Shown one piece after another: positions 46,286 through 54,920 of a DNA stretch of 64,000 bases; the first letter of the stretch is position 1; every line of letters starts with the position of its first letter. A program made the translations under genes and the position numbers. The stretch comes from Candidatus Komeilibacteria bacterium RIFOXYD1_FULL_37_29 (GTDB taxonomy: Bacteria > Patescibacteriota > Patescibacteriia > UBA1558 > GWA2-36-10): contig MHKS01000005.1 of NCBI GenBank assembly GCA_001818495.1, positions 323,890-387,889 of the forward strand, in the 5' to 3' direction. Under the pieces are notes generated by a model. The model ran no database searches and was not told the DNA's origin. It saw only the letters and a program-made list of their open reading frames with translations.

Positions 46286-46684
46286 ATGTCACTTATACCA
46301 TGGAGTCCACTTTTAGACACCTTTGACTCTTTAGAAAAAGGGTTCAGCAATTTTTTGCCGGCTATGGATGTCTATGAAGAAAATGACAATGTAGTCGTTG
46401 AAGCTACTTTAGCCGGTATCAAGCCGGAAAATGTCAGCATCAATGTCCATGACGATGTTTTAACTTTGGAAGGTAAAAGGGAAACTTCTAGCGAAATAGA
46501 AGAGAAAAATTATTATCGCAAAGAAGTCAGAAGCGGATCATTTCATCGAGCGGTCGTCTTACCAGTAGCCGTCCAAGCTGACAAAGCTCAAGCTGATTTT
46601 GAAAACGGACTGCTTAAAATTATCTTGCCCAAGCAAGAAGAAGCTCGGTCAAAGAGTATTAAGATCAATGTAAATAAAAAATAA
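46286..46684 (+). CDS. Hsp20/alpha-crystallin family small heat-shock protein
   Basis: MDVYEENDNVVVEATLAGIKPENVSINVHDDVLTLEG...GSFHRAVVLP...ENGLLKIILPK is the ACD signature; strong RBS AAAGGAGAAAA. Confidence 0.8.
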   Translation: MSLIPWSPLLDTFDSLEKGFSNFLPAMDVYEENDNVVVEATLAGIKPENVSINVHDDVLTLEGKRETSSEIEEKNYYRKEVRSGSFHRAVVLPVAVQADKAQADFENGLLKIILPKQEEARSKSIKINVNKK

Positions 46685-47020
46685 ATGATAAGTAGTTTTA
46701 ATTCGCCACTTAATTTGCATTTAATCAAAAAATGTCCAATCTGTTCGGCTGATTATCAGCAGTCCAACGTTCAGGTTTTGGATGAAAATGAGCTTGGTAT
46801 TTTGACTTATGCCTCTTGTCTTAGTTGTCGGGCCAATCTTTTGACCAAATTCACCTCACTACCACAAGGGGTGATTGGTAATGCTATACTGACCGATTTG
46901 AGTCCACAGGAAGTTTTGGATTTTGCCAGTCAAAGCCCTATAGAAGCCGATGATGTTTTGGATATACAAACCATGCTGTCTAAAAAAGAGTTGATTAAGA
47001 ATTTTAAAAAATTAATATAA
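46685..47020 (+). CDS. Small hypothetical protein with CxxC...CxxC (zinc-ribbon-like) inside the heat-shock operon
   Basis: [10 protein letters not shown]...CLSCRANLL; its start overlaps the hsp20 stop; no known family recognised. Confidence 0.3.
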   Translation: MISSFNSPLNLHLIKKCPICSADYQQSNVQVLDENELGILTYASCLSCRANLLTKFTSLPQGVIGNAILTDLSPQEVLDFASQSPIEADDVLDIQTMLSKKELIKNFKKLI

Positions 47021-47030
47021 TTTAAAAAAT

Positions 47031-48929
47031 ATGGGAAAAATTATTGGAATTGACTTGGGCACCACCAACTCGGCTGTAGCGATAGTCGAGGGTGGCAAAC
47101 CAAAAATTTTGGAAAACAAAGAGGGTAATCGTACTACCCCATCAATAGTGGCTATTTCCAAAAACGGAGAGCGTTTGGTTGGCATTCCAGCCAAACGTCA
47201 GGCCGTCACCAATCCAGCCAACACTATTTTTTCAGTCAAAAGATTAATTGGCCGAAAGTATAATGACAGTGCCATTAAAAAGGATATTGAAACCGTACCT
47301 TATAAAATAGTGCAATCAGGAGAGGGTGTTAAAGTAAAAATGGGGGATAAAGAGCACACACCACAAGAGATATCAGCCATGATATTACAAAAAATAAAGG
47401 CTGATGCTGAAGAGAAATTGGGCGAACCAGTGACTGAGGCCGTGATTACTGTACCAGCCTATTTTGACGACAGCCAGCGTCAGGCTACCAAAGATGCCGG
47501 TAAAATTGCTGGTTTGGAAGTCAAGCGTATTATCAATGAGCCGACAGCCGCTGCTTTGGCCTATGGTTTTGATAAGAAAAAAGACCAGCAAGTTGTAGTC
47601 TATGATTTGGGTGGTGGTACTTTTGATGTGTCTATTTTGGATGTGTCAGCCGATACAGTAGAGGTCAAAGCTACCAATGGTGATACTCACTTAGGTGGTG
47701 ATGACTTTGATCAAATAGTAATTCATTGGATTTTGACCGAGTATAAAAAACAAGAAGGGATTGATTTGTCCAAAGATATTTTGGCTATGCAGAGACTCAA
47801 AGAATCGGCTGAAAGAGCCAAGATTGAGCTTTCTTCTTCTATGGAAACAGAAATCAATCAGCCTTTTATTACTACTGACGAATCAGGTCCTAAACACTTG
47901 GTTATGAAAATGACCAGGGCTAAATTGGAAGAACTAGTTGGTGACTTAGTTACCAAAACTTTAGAACCATGTCGCAAAGCTTTAGCTGACGCTAAGGTTA
48001 CTACCAAAGATATTGAAGAAGTGATTATGGTCGGTGGTATGACTAGGATGCCCTTGGTTCAAAAGAAAGTAGAAGAATTTTTTGGCAAAAAACCAAACAT
48101 ATCAGTTAACCCAGACGAAGTAGTAGCTTTGGGCGCCGCTGTTCAGGCCGGAGTACTACAGGGTGATGTCAAAGATGTTTTGCTTTTAGATGTTACTCCT
48201 TTGACCTTGGGTATTGAAACTATGGGCGGTATTCGGACACCATTGATTGAAAGAAATACCACTATTCCTACTTCTAAGTCTCAGATTTTTTCTACCGCCG
48301 CTGATAATCAAAACACCGTAGAAATTCATGTTTTACAAGGCGAGCGTCAAATGGCGGTTGATAACAAAACTCTGGGTCGTTTTACTTTGTCTGGTATTCC
48401 ACCCGCTCCACGCGGTATTCCACAGATTGAGGTCAGCTTTGATATTGATGCCAATGGTATTTTAAATGTGAAAGCCGTAGATAAGGCTACCAACAAAGAA
48501 CAATCCATTACCATCAAATCATCTTCTGGTTTGAGCGAAGCGGAAGTAGAAAAAATGAAAAAAGACGCCGAAGCTCACGCCGAGGAAGATAAAAATAAAA
48601 AAGCTGAAGTGGAAGTTAGAAATAATGCTGAAAATATTATCTTCCAAACCGAAAGATTTATCAAAGACAATAAGGATAAAATCAAAGAGGAAGATAAAAA
48701 GCAAATGGAAGAAAAGATGGAGGCTTTAAAGAAAGTCAAAGACAGTAAAGATTTGGAGATTGTCAAAGCCGCTGTTAAGGAGATGGAAGATGTTGTCCAA
48801 AAAATTGGTGCAGCTATGTATCAGCAACAGTCCCAAGCTCAATCAGATGCCGCTGGAGCAGCTGGTCCAAAAGACGACAAAGGTCCAGTGGAAGGAGATT
48901 TTGAAGAAGTAAAAGAAGACAAAAAATAA
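47031..48929 (+). CDS. dnaK: Molecular chaperone DnaK (Hsp70)
   Basis: [18 protein letters not shown] and the full Hsp70 length with its signatures. Confidence 0.95.
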   Translation: MGKIIGIDLGTTNSAVAIVEGGKPKILENKEGNRTTPSIVAISKNGERLVGIPAKRQAVTNPANTIFSVKRLIGRKYNDSAIKKDIETVPYKIVQSGEGVKVKMGDKEHTPQEISAMILQKIKADAEEKLGEPVTEAVITVPAYFDDSQRQATKDAGKIAGLEVKRIINEPTAAALAYGFDKKKDQQVVVYDLGGGTFDVSILDVSADTVEVKATNGDTHLGGDDFDQIVIHWILTEYKKQEGIDLSKDILAMQRLKESAERAKIELSSSMETEINQPFITTDESGPKHLVMKMTRAKLEELVGDLVTKTLEPCRKALADAKVTTKDIEEVIMVGGMTRMPLVQKKVEEFFGKKPNISVNPDEVVALGAAVQAGVLQGDVKDVLLLDVTPLTLGIETMGGIRTPLIERNTTIPTSKSQIFSTAADNQNTVEIHVLQGERQMAVDNKTLGRFTLSGIPPAPRGIPQIEVSFDIDANGILNVKAVDKATNKEQSITIKSSSGLSEAEVEKMKKDAEAHAEEDKNKKAEVEVRNNAENIIFQTERFIKDNKDKIKEEDKKQMEEKMEALKKVKDSKDLEIVKAAVKEMEDVVQKIGAAMYQQQSQAQSDAAGAAGPKDDKGPVEGDFEEVKEDKK

Positions 48930-48985
48930 TTAATATTTGATGAGTCTAACCCCTCGGCTTTGCTCGGGGGGTTACTCTAGTAACC

Positions 48986-50092
48986 ATGGCCAAAGATTAT
49001 TATAAAACATTAGGCGTTGATAAGACAGCTAGCGAAGCTGAGATTAAAAAAGCTTTTCGTAAACTGGCGCACCAGCATCATCCTGACAAAGCCAACGGCA
49101 ATGCCGATAAGTTTAAAGAAATAAATGAAGCTTATCAGGTTTTGTCCAACAAAGAAAAACGTCAAAACTATGATCAATTTGGTCAGGCTTTTGATGGTGC
49201 CTCCGGCGGTAATCCTTTTGGTTATGGCAGTCCCTTTGGTCAGGGCAATATGGGGGGCTTCGATTTTTCTGGTCAGAATATGGATTTTGATTTGGGGGAT
49301 TTATTTGGTCAATTTTTTGGCGGTGGAGCCCCTGGTGGCCGTTCTAGAAGCCAGAAAGGTGCTGATATCCAGGTTGATCTAGAAATAAGCCTTAAAGAGG
49401 CAGTTTTTGGCAAAACAGAGGTATTCTCTTTGCGTAAGCAAGTGGCTTGCCAGCCCTGTCACGGTACAGGGGCTGATAAAGGCACAGCCTATGAAAAGTG
49501 TTCTACTTGTGGCGGTAGTGGTAAAATTGCTACTACTGTCCTAGGTACTTTTCGTACCCAGACTATTTGTCCAGAGTGTCAGGGTAAAGGCAAAAGTATT
49601 AAAGAAAAATGTCGGGCTTGTTCGGGTAATGGTTTTAATGAAGAGCAAACTGATATCAGAGTGGAAATTCCCGCTGGTATTAATGACGGTCAAGCCGTGC
49701 GCTTGTCTGGTCAAGGCCATGCCGGAAAACATGGTGCTTCCGCCGGTGATTTGTATGTGACAGTCCGTGTCAAAGAAGAGCCAGGTTTTGTCCGTGAAGA
49801 CAACGACCTGATTAGTGAATATGATATTCCTTTTACTATGGCTACACTAGGAGGAGAAATGGAAATAAAAACTATTGATGGTCGAGTTAAGCTCAAGATT
49901 CCAGCTGGCACACCTAGTGGCAAGCAATTTGTCTTACGGGACAAAGGGGTTACTAATTTGCGTGGTAGAAGCAGGGGAGATCAGATTGTGATAGTCAATG
50001 TGGAGGTACCCAAGAAACTCAGTAAAAAACAAAGAGAATTATTGGAACAATTGGATCGGGAGTTTGATAGCAAGAAAAAGTCTTGGTTTTAG
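48986..50092 (+). CDS. dnaJ: Molecular chaperone DnaJ (type I: J-domain, G/F-rich region, four CxxCxGxG zinc repeats)
   Basis: HPD motif in the J domain (HQHHPDKA); G/F region; CQPCHGTG, CSTCGGSG, CPECQGKG and CRACSGNG. Confidence 0.9.
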   Translation: MAKDYYKTLGVDKTASEAEIKKAFRKLAHQHHPDKANGNADKFKEINEAYQVLSNKEKRQNYDQFGQAFDGASGGNPFGYGSPFGQGNMGGFDFSGQNMDFDLGDLFGQFFGGGAPGGRSRSQKGADIQVDLEISLKEAVFGKTEVFSLRKQVACQPCHGTGADKGTAYEKCSTCGGSGKIATTVLGTFRTQTICPECQGKGKSIKEKCRACSGNGFNEEQTDIRVEIPAGINDGQAVRLSGQGHAGKHGASAGDLYVTVRVKEEPGFVREDNDLISEYDIPFTMATLGGEMEIKTIDGRVKLKIPAGTPSGKQFVLRDKGVTNLRGRSRGDQIVIVNVEVPKKLSKKQRELLEQLDREFDSKKKSWF

Positions 50093-50211
50093 GCTCCTTG
50101 GTCGTAGACTGACTACGGACTACACTTGACTTTTTTTATATTTTTCTTTATAATTTAATCCGTTATTTATATATTGTTTAGCAGTTTGGCTGTTTTACCA
50201 ATATAAAGTGC

Positions 50212-50287
50212 CGAGATAGCTCAGCTGGTAGAGCAACGGTTTTGTAAACCGTCGGTCGCTGGTTCGAATCCAGTTCTCGGCTCCATC
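50212..50287 (+). tRNA. tRNA-Thr (anticodon TGT)
   Basis: Cloverleaf folded by hand: acceptor GCCGAGA/TCTCGGC, anticodon stem ACGGT/ACCGT with loop TTTGTAA, T-loop TTCGAAT, encoded CCA. Confidence 0.8.
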
Positions 50288-50311
50288 GATTATTTATTAA
50301 AATAACTTAAT

Positions 50312-50467
50312 ATGTCACAAGACAATTTAGCTAAATTAGAATGCACCCAGTGTCATACTATCAATTACCATGATCACCGTAATAAAAAAACGGTTAAGAC
50401 CAGGTTGGAAATGAAAAAGCATTGTAAGAGATGTAAGAAACACACTTTGCATAAAGAAACTAAATAA
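50312..50467 (+). CDS. rpmG: 50S ribosomal protein L33 (51 aa)
   Basis: [51 protein letters not shown]: CxxC...CxxC zinc ribbon and the C-terminal HTLHKE typical of L33. Too short for the ORF track. Confidence 0.7.
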   Translation: MSQDNLAKLECTQCHTINYHDHRNKKTVKTRLEMKKHCKRCKKHTLHKETK

Positions 50468-50504
50468 ATAATCCCAGCCCATTTTGGGAGGGGTTATTTT
50501 TTAA

Positions 50505-50578
50505 GGGGGCGTAGTATAGTGGTAGTACAGGGGTCTCCAAAACCTCTAGCGTGGGTTCGATTCCTACCGCCCCTGCCA
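50505..50578 (+). tRNA. tRNA-Trp (anticodon CCA)
   Basis: Acceptor GGGGGCG/CGCCCCT(G.U), anticodon loop CTCCAAA, T-loop TTCGATT, encoded CCA. Classical tRNA-Thr...rpmG-tRNA-Trp arrangement. Confidence 0.75.
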
Positions 50579-50609
50579 AAAAGCAAGATATTAATTATCT
50601 TGTTTTTTT
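50574..50609 (+). terminator. Copy 1 of a ~35-nt motif: tRNA-Trp 3' end (TGCCAAAA) plus hairpin GCAAGATA-TTAAT-TATCTTG plus T7; tRNA terminator
   Basis: 7-8 bp stem, 5-nt loop and a T-run immediately after the tRNA CCA end. Confidence 0.55.
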
Positions 50610-50702
50610 GTATAGAGAAAAGCGGTCATTTTTATATAACCGCTAATTTTTTGAAGCCTGATGGCTGTTTATTTTTCAAGGAAGAAATTTCTTCCAGTAG
50701 AA

Positions 50703-51005
50703 TTAGGCTTTTTTTACTGGGAGTACTTTTATCCCTCCATTTTTTCTACACGCATCCATTTTAGAAGGCCAATTAAAAGAATCAACCCTTTCTTTACCGT
50801 TACCAAATCTTTTTGTATCAATTACTTCATACCATATTGGGCCGTAGTCTTTACCAAATAAAGGCTTAACCAGCCATGGTTGTGCTATAAAACGTGGTTC
50901 TGGTTTTTTGTGCTCATTCTTCTTTTTATCTTCTTTCTTTGCAAGATAACAAAGTAGTCGAAAGAATAGAGCGATAGCTATTGCTATGAGTATTAAGGTT
51001 GTCAT
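50703..51005 (-). CDS. Small N-terminally anchored hypothetical protein (100 aa)
   Basis: Good SD (AAGGGGG, 5 nt before the ATG on the minus strand); N-terminal TM LILIAIAIALFF, then a soluble Lys/Trp-rich domain; no family recognised. Confidence 0.35.
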   Translation of the reverse strand: MTTLILIAIAIALFFRLLCYLAKKEDKKKNEHKKPEPRFIAQPWLVKPLFGKDYGPIWYEVIDTKRFGNGKERVDSFNWPSKMDACRKNGGIKVLPVKKA

Positions 51006-51103
51006 TTTGACCCCCTTTCAAGAGGTTGTTGGTTAGAACAATTAGTAATATTTCAATGTGTCATAAAATAATTGTTTTGTCAACTGTTATATATCCTAAT
51101 CTA

Positions 51104-51140
51104 TGCCAAAAGAGCAAGATATTAATTATCTTGCTTTTTT
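51104..51140 (+). repeat. Copy 2 of the tRNA-Trp-3'-end/terminator motif (TGCCAAAAGAGCAAGATATTAATTATCTTGCTTTTTT). No upstream + strand gene to terminate.
   Basis: Near-identical to copy 1 (one indel) ~530 bp downstream in direct orientation. Confidence 0.5.
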
Positions 51141-51201
51141 GTATAAATTATTTAGTAAAATTATATTTTTGGGTAAATATATGTTATAATATAAAATATT
51201 A

Positions 51202-52050
51202 TTGTTTATGCTTATTAAAAGAAAAAAGGGTTTATTAATAGGCTTACCAGATGGAGGACATATTAGAGAGGCTACTTATGAGATTTTAAGGAAGTCTGGT
51301 TTTATGATTATAGATTACGGTGATACAAAGAGCAGAAAATATACAGCAAATTTGACTCTCCCTTCGGGAATAATTAGTGAAATTATTATAGATAAACCTA
51401 GAGATTTATTATATTCTTTGGCATTGGGTAAGGTTGATATGATAATAACTGGCAGTGATTATGTAAATGATTTTTGTTTATTCCATAATACTCTACAAAA
51501 AACTATTTTTAGTTCCGGGTGCAAATTAATTGAATCTGCTCATATTAATTTAGAACATCTCGGTTATCCAGGAGCACAATTAGGATTTATGGTCAGAAGA
51601 GATAATATGTATAATGATTTAGATGATCTTATACGGAAGGAAGATAAAATTATTTGTTATACGGAGTTTCCCATGATGGCTGCTCAATATTTATCACAAT
51701 TTAGCGCTTATCAAAAGCGATTTGGAAATATTTTACCATATGTAGTATCAAATTTTTCTGTCAATGGCTCAAACTCAGATATTACAATCATTTATTCCCA
51801 TGGAGCCACTGAGTCAAAAGCGGTTCTTGACAATTCATCTCTTATTTTTGAGCTTATATTAAGTGGGCGTACATTTAGGGATAATAAATTAAAATTGTTG
51901 TGTAATGTAGGAGGACCAATTTTTAATCTTATATATAAAAGAAATGATTCAGTCAATCAGCAGGGGATAGAAGAATTTGTAAAATTATTAGAGTCTACAG
52001 TACAGAGATATTCTGATTTATATATGATATCAAAAAAACATAATAAATAA
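51202..52050 (+). CDS. Hypothetical protein with weak resemblance to the ATP phosphoribosyltransferase (HisG)/type-II periplasmic-binding fold
   Basis: KKGLLIGLPDGGHIREATYEILRKSGF and LGKVDMIITGSDYV recall the HisG LxIALPKG and VDLGITGxD motifs. Sits in a very AT-rich context; low confidence. Confidence 0.3.
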   Translation: MFMLIKRKKGLLIGLPDGGHIREATYEILRKSGFMIIDYGDTKSRKYTANLTLPSGIISEIIIDKPRDLLYSLALGKVDMIITGSDYVNDFCLFHNTLQKTIFSSGCKLIESAHINLEHLGYPGAQLGFMVRRDNMYNDLDDLIRKEDKIICYTEFPMMAAQYLSQFSAYQKRFGNILPYVVSNFSVNGSNSDITIIYSHGATESKAVLDNSSLIFELILSGRTFRDNKLKLLCNVGGPIFNLIYKRNDSVNQQGIEEFVKLLESTVQRYSDLYMISKKHNK

Positions 52051-52129
52051 TTTATATTTTATTATAAAATATAAATTATCTTATTTTTTTGATACAATTA
52101 TATTAGTAATAATTAACATACATTTATTT

Positions 52130-52984
52130 ATGTTTAAATATAAAAAGATAGTTGAGGTTTTGAATGCAAGAACTACATTGGAAGGGGCTGGCGTTCACTT
52201 GCATCGTGGCTTTGGACAACCACAAATACCAAAATTTGACCCATTTCTTTTATTTGATGACTTTAGTGCTCAAGAACCAGCAGATTACTTAGCAGGTTTT
52301 CCTTGGCATCCTCATCGTGGGATTGAAACAGTAACGTATGTTCTGAAAGGCAAAGTAAATCATAAAGATTCTATTGGAAATTCGGGCCAGATTGCAGTTG
52401 GTGATGTACAATGGATGTCCGCTGGCTCAGGTATATTGCACGAAGAAATGCCCCAAGGGACAAGTGGTATGGTGGGATTCCAGTTGTGGGTAAATTTGCC
52501 AAAAAATAAAAAAATGTCAAAGCCAAATTATCAGGACATAAAGAAAAAAGATATTAGCGAAGTCTCACTTGGTAGCTATGCCACAGTAAGAACAATTGCT
52601 GGTAATTTTGGTGATATTAATGGGCCGGTTAAAGATATCGCAGCAGCCCCAATGTATTTGGATATAGAACTGGTGAATGGAAAGGATGTCATAATACCAA
52701 TTCCATCAACATACAACAGTTTTGTTTATATTATAGATGGTAATTTGGGCTTAGGATTTGATGAAGAAATTGTTTATCAAAAGGGAAATATTTTACATTT
52801 TGATAAGTCTGACGGCGATATATTTTTGAAAGCTGGCTCGACAGGGGCAAGGTTTTTATTAGCTTCTGGAAAACCACTCAATGAAACAATTGCTTGGAAG
52901 GGACCAATAGTCATGAATACCGAAGAAGAGCTAAATCGTGCTTGGCAGGATTTAGAAGATAACACGTTTATAAAAAACAAATAA
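52130..52984 (+). CDS. Pirin-family cupin protein
   Basis: HPHRGIETVTYVLKGKVNHKDSIGN...GDVQWMSAGSGILHEE matches the pirin N-terminal cupin metal site (HxH...H...E). Confidence 0.8.
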   Translation: MFKYKKIVEVLNARTTLEGAGVHLHRGFGQPQIPKFDPFLLFDDFSAQEPADYLAGFPWHPHRGIETVTYVLKGKVNHKDSIGNSGQIAVGDVQWMSAGSGILHEEMPQGTSGMVGFQLWVNLPKNKKMSKPNYQDIKKKDISEVSLGSYATVRTIAGNFGDINGPVKDIAAAPMYLDIELVNGKDVIIPIPSTYNSFVYIIDGNLGLGFDEEIVYQKGNILHFDKSDGDIFLKAGSTGARFLLASGKPLNETIAWKGPIVMNTEEELNRAWQDLEDNTFIKNK

Positions 52985-52990
52985 AAAATT

Positions 52991-53305
52991 ATGAAAACAT
53001 GTATGGCCTGTAGTATGCCTTTGGAAAAGGTAGAAGATATTGGTCTTGAAAATGAGAGTGGTATTTTTTGTAAATATTGCGTCAGTGATGACGGTAGCGT
53101 CAAAAGCTGTCAGAAAATATTTTTTGGTGGCGTACAGTTTTTTATGGGTGCTGTGCCAGGCACAGAACGGGCTTTGGCTGAGCGTTTGACTCGCAAAAAT
53201 ATGAAAGCTTTGTCTTATTGGCAAACTCATGAACATGAATGTTTAAATGGTTCAGAAGCTAGCGCAGAAGAGTATGACGAAGCGATGTCAAAGCTAGCAC
53301 AGTAG
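52991..53305 (+). CDS. Zinc-ribbon-containing hypothetical protein
   Basis: CMACSMP...CKYCVSDDGS: two CxxC pairs; no family recognised. Confidence 0.35.
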   Translation: MKTCMACSMPLEKVEDIGLENESGIFCKYCVSDDGSVKSCQKIFFGGVQFFMGAVPGTERALAERLTRKNMKALSYWQTHEHECLNGSEASAEEYDEAMSKLAQ

Positions 53306-53327
53306 TTGATTTTTTGTTGTTTTATTA

Positions 53328-53356
53328 TTGACATTTATAAATTTTTCTGGTATAAT
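53328..53356 (+). promoter_or_regulatory. Consensus sigma70 promoter TTGACA-17-TATAAT driving the cold-shock-protein gene through a ~155-nt 5'-UTR
   Basis: Perfect -35 and -10 hexamers with a 17-nt spacer read directly. Confidence 0.55.
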
Positions 53357-53515
53357 TAAGTAGCTTCTTAAGAGGTTTAAATAGTTTATTTTTCTTAAGG
53401 TTTTGGAGCTTATAGGAGGTAATTTCTATAAATGCTACAAAGTATAGTTGGTTTGAAATGTAGTCGGATTTCTAATTGCTATTGCAAATTAATTCATTAT
53501 ATTTACAAAACAATT

Positions 53516-53716
53516 ATGCAAGGAATTATAAAAAAAATCGTTGCTGATAAAAAAATTGGTTTTATCAGCCAAAAAGATGTCGAAAAGGACACTTTTTTTA
53601 GTAGCGAAAAACTTGATGGAGTAAAGTTTGAAGACCTTAAAGAAGGCGACACAGTTACTTTTGAAATTGAAGAAGGTGCCAAAGGTCCAGTGGCTGTTAA
53701 AGTTAAAAAAGCTTAA
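53516..53716 (+). CDS. Cold-shock-domain (CspA-like OB fold) protein, 66 aa
   Basis: Start at MQGIIKK (the track ORF starts at 53432). GIIKKIVADKKIGFISQ...DTFF....L.....LKEGDTVTFEIEEGAKGPVAVKV parallels CspA G.VKWFN..KGFGFI...DVF.H.....L.EGQ.V.F.IE.G.KGP.A.NV. Confidence 0.6.
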   Translation: MQGIIKKIVADKKIGFISQKDVEKDTFFSSEKLDGVKFEDLKEGDTVTFEIEEGAKGPVAVKVKKA

Positions 53717-53740
53717 ATAGTCTATTACATATTCTTTGAA

Positions 53741-53778
53741 AAATCGTTTGATAACGATTTTTCAAAGAATTGTAGGTT
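53741..53778 (+). terminator. 17-bp perfect hairpin (TTCTTTGAAAAATCGTT-TGAT-AACGATTTTTCAAAGAA) 25 nt after the csp stop; terminator or stabilising 3' stem-loop (no clean U-tract)
   Basis: Perfect inverted repeat read directly. Confidence 0.45.
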
Positions 53779-54083
53779 AGTAATTTTAATATCAAAAATA
53801 TCAAAAAAGATAAATTACATAAATTTGTAACTGGCGAGTCCAGATATTGTCAAAATTGCGGGCAAGAACCCAGTGAGCTATTTGAGGTTACACACAATAT
53901 TCAAAAAATACAGCAATTACAATATTGTAACAAATGTAAACTAGAGTATAAGGTAAAAGCTAAAGCAGGTTAAAATATTATTTTTAGTTAAAAAGGTTAT
54001 AAAATTGTCCCACAGTAACTACCAAAAAAGCATGATATATGTCATGTTTTTTTAGTAAGTTTAAATTATTAAGTATGAAGTGT

Positions 54084-54902
54084 TTAGGATTTTTTTGTAC
54101 AGACTGCCAATATATCCAAAGATTCATCAGTGTTTGGGCTGATATAAAAATCATCTACATTTAGGCTCTTAGTATAGTCAATTTTTTCCGGAGTATGTTT
54201 TTGAGTAATCAGACGCATTAAAAGGACTAGTTTTTGTTTCCATGATTCTGGCAATAGCAATCTTATTCCCAGCGGATCTAGACGTAATAATTTTTGTATT
54301 TTAGCTATTCTTTGTGTTTCTATTTTTTGTATACTTGGTGATCCGTAAATACCATAAATTTCAATTTTAGAAAATATTTGTTCAAGTGTTTGTCTTAATT
54401 CAAGACCATTATATTCTCGGACATGGAAATGGTTCCACGGTTTTTGTTGCGATTTAAGACGCATTTTTTTATTTGGGGTAGTAAAAATGCATATCCCATT
54501 TTTTTTGAGAACCCTAGATATTTCCTCTAAATATTTTTGGGCATTTTTAATATGTTCAATGACCTGTAATGAAATAACTATATCGAATGTTTCTGTAGCA
54601 AAAGGGATGTCTGTTCCGTTGTATATTTGAAATACACAGTTATTGGAGCCGTATTTTTTAGCTGCCCTGATTATAACTTCCTGTTCAACGTCAAGGCCGA
54701 TGGCACTATCTGAAACAGAGGATATGATATGCGTGCCATATCCTTCACCACAGCCAACATCTAAGACAGCGGCTTTTGGTGGTATGCGCTGGGAGCAAAA
54801 ATTATAAGCGAATACATGTCTTATGTACATTATATATTCATCAATAGACTTAAAGCTCTCTGGTATCATGCGCTCTCCTGTTTTGGAGATATTAGGTGTC
54901 AT
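54084..54902 (-). CDS. Class I SAM-dependent methyltransferase (Methyltransf_11/23)
   Basis: VLDVGCGEGYGTHII ... FDIVISLQVIEHI ... LKKNGICIFTTPN. Confidence 0.65.
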   Translation of the reverse strand: MTPNISKTGERMIPESFKSIDEYIMYIRHVFAYNFCSQRIPPKAAVLDVGCGEGYGTHIISSVSDSAIGLDVEQEVIIRAAKKYGSNNCVFQIYNGTDIPFATETFDIVISLQVIEHIKNAQKYLEEISRVLKKNGICIFTTPNKKMRLKSQQKPWNHFHVREYNGLELRQTLEQIFSKIEIYGIYGSPSIQKIETQRIAKIQKLLRLDPLGIRLLLPESWKQKLVLLMRLITQKHTPEKIDYTKSLNVDDFYISPNTDESLDILAVCTKKS

Positions 54903-54920
54903 AGTTTTTTGTTTACAATA

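Noticed and set aside
50093-50140. Possible terminator after dnaJ (GTCGTAG...CTACGGAC, TTTTTTT)
   Set aside because: The stem is imperfect (mismatch in the 5' arm) and the T-run is separated from it by ~12 nt; plausible but too weak to list as a feature.
50519-50861. ORFs 50519..50764 and 50661..50861 (+)
   Set aside because: The first begins inside tRNA-Trp and reads through the terminator hairpin; both are low-complexity. The better-supported gene here is the minus-strand 50703..51005 ORF, which has a strong SD.
51026-51238. 70-aa ORF in the AT-rich intergenic region upstream of 51202
   Set aside because: Spans the copy-2 terminator motif and promoter-like AT-rich DNA; has no RBS; overlaps the start of the following gene in another frame.
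53780-53975. Zinc-ribbon-like reading frame (…YCQNCGQEPSELFEVTHNIQKIQQLQYCNKCKLEYKVKAKAG*) between csp and the methyltransferase gene
   Set aside because: Contains two CxxC pairs, but I could not find an in-frame ATG/GTG/TTG start after the upstream stop; it may be a decayed gene or use a non-canonical start. Not called.
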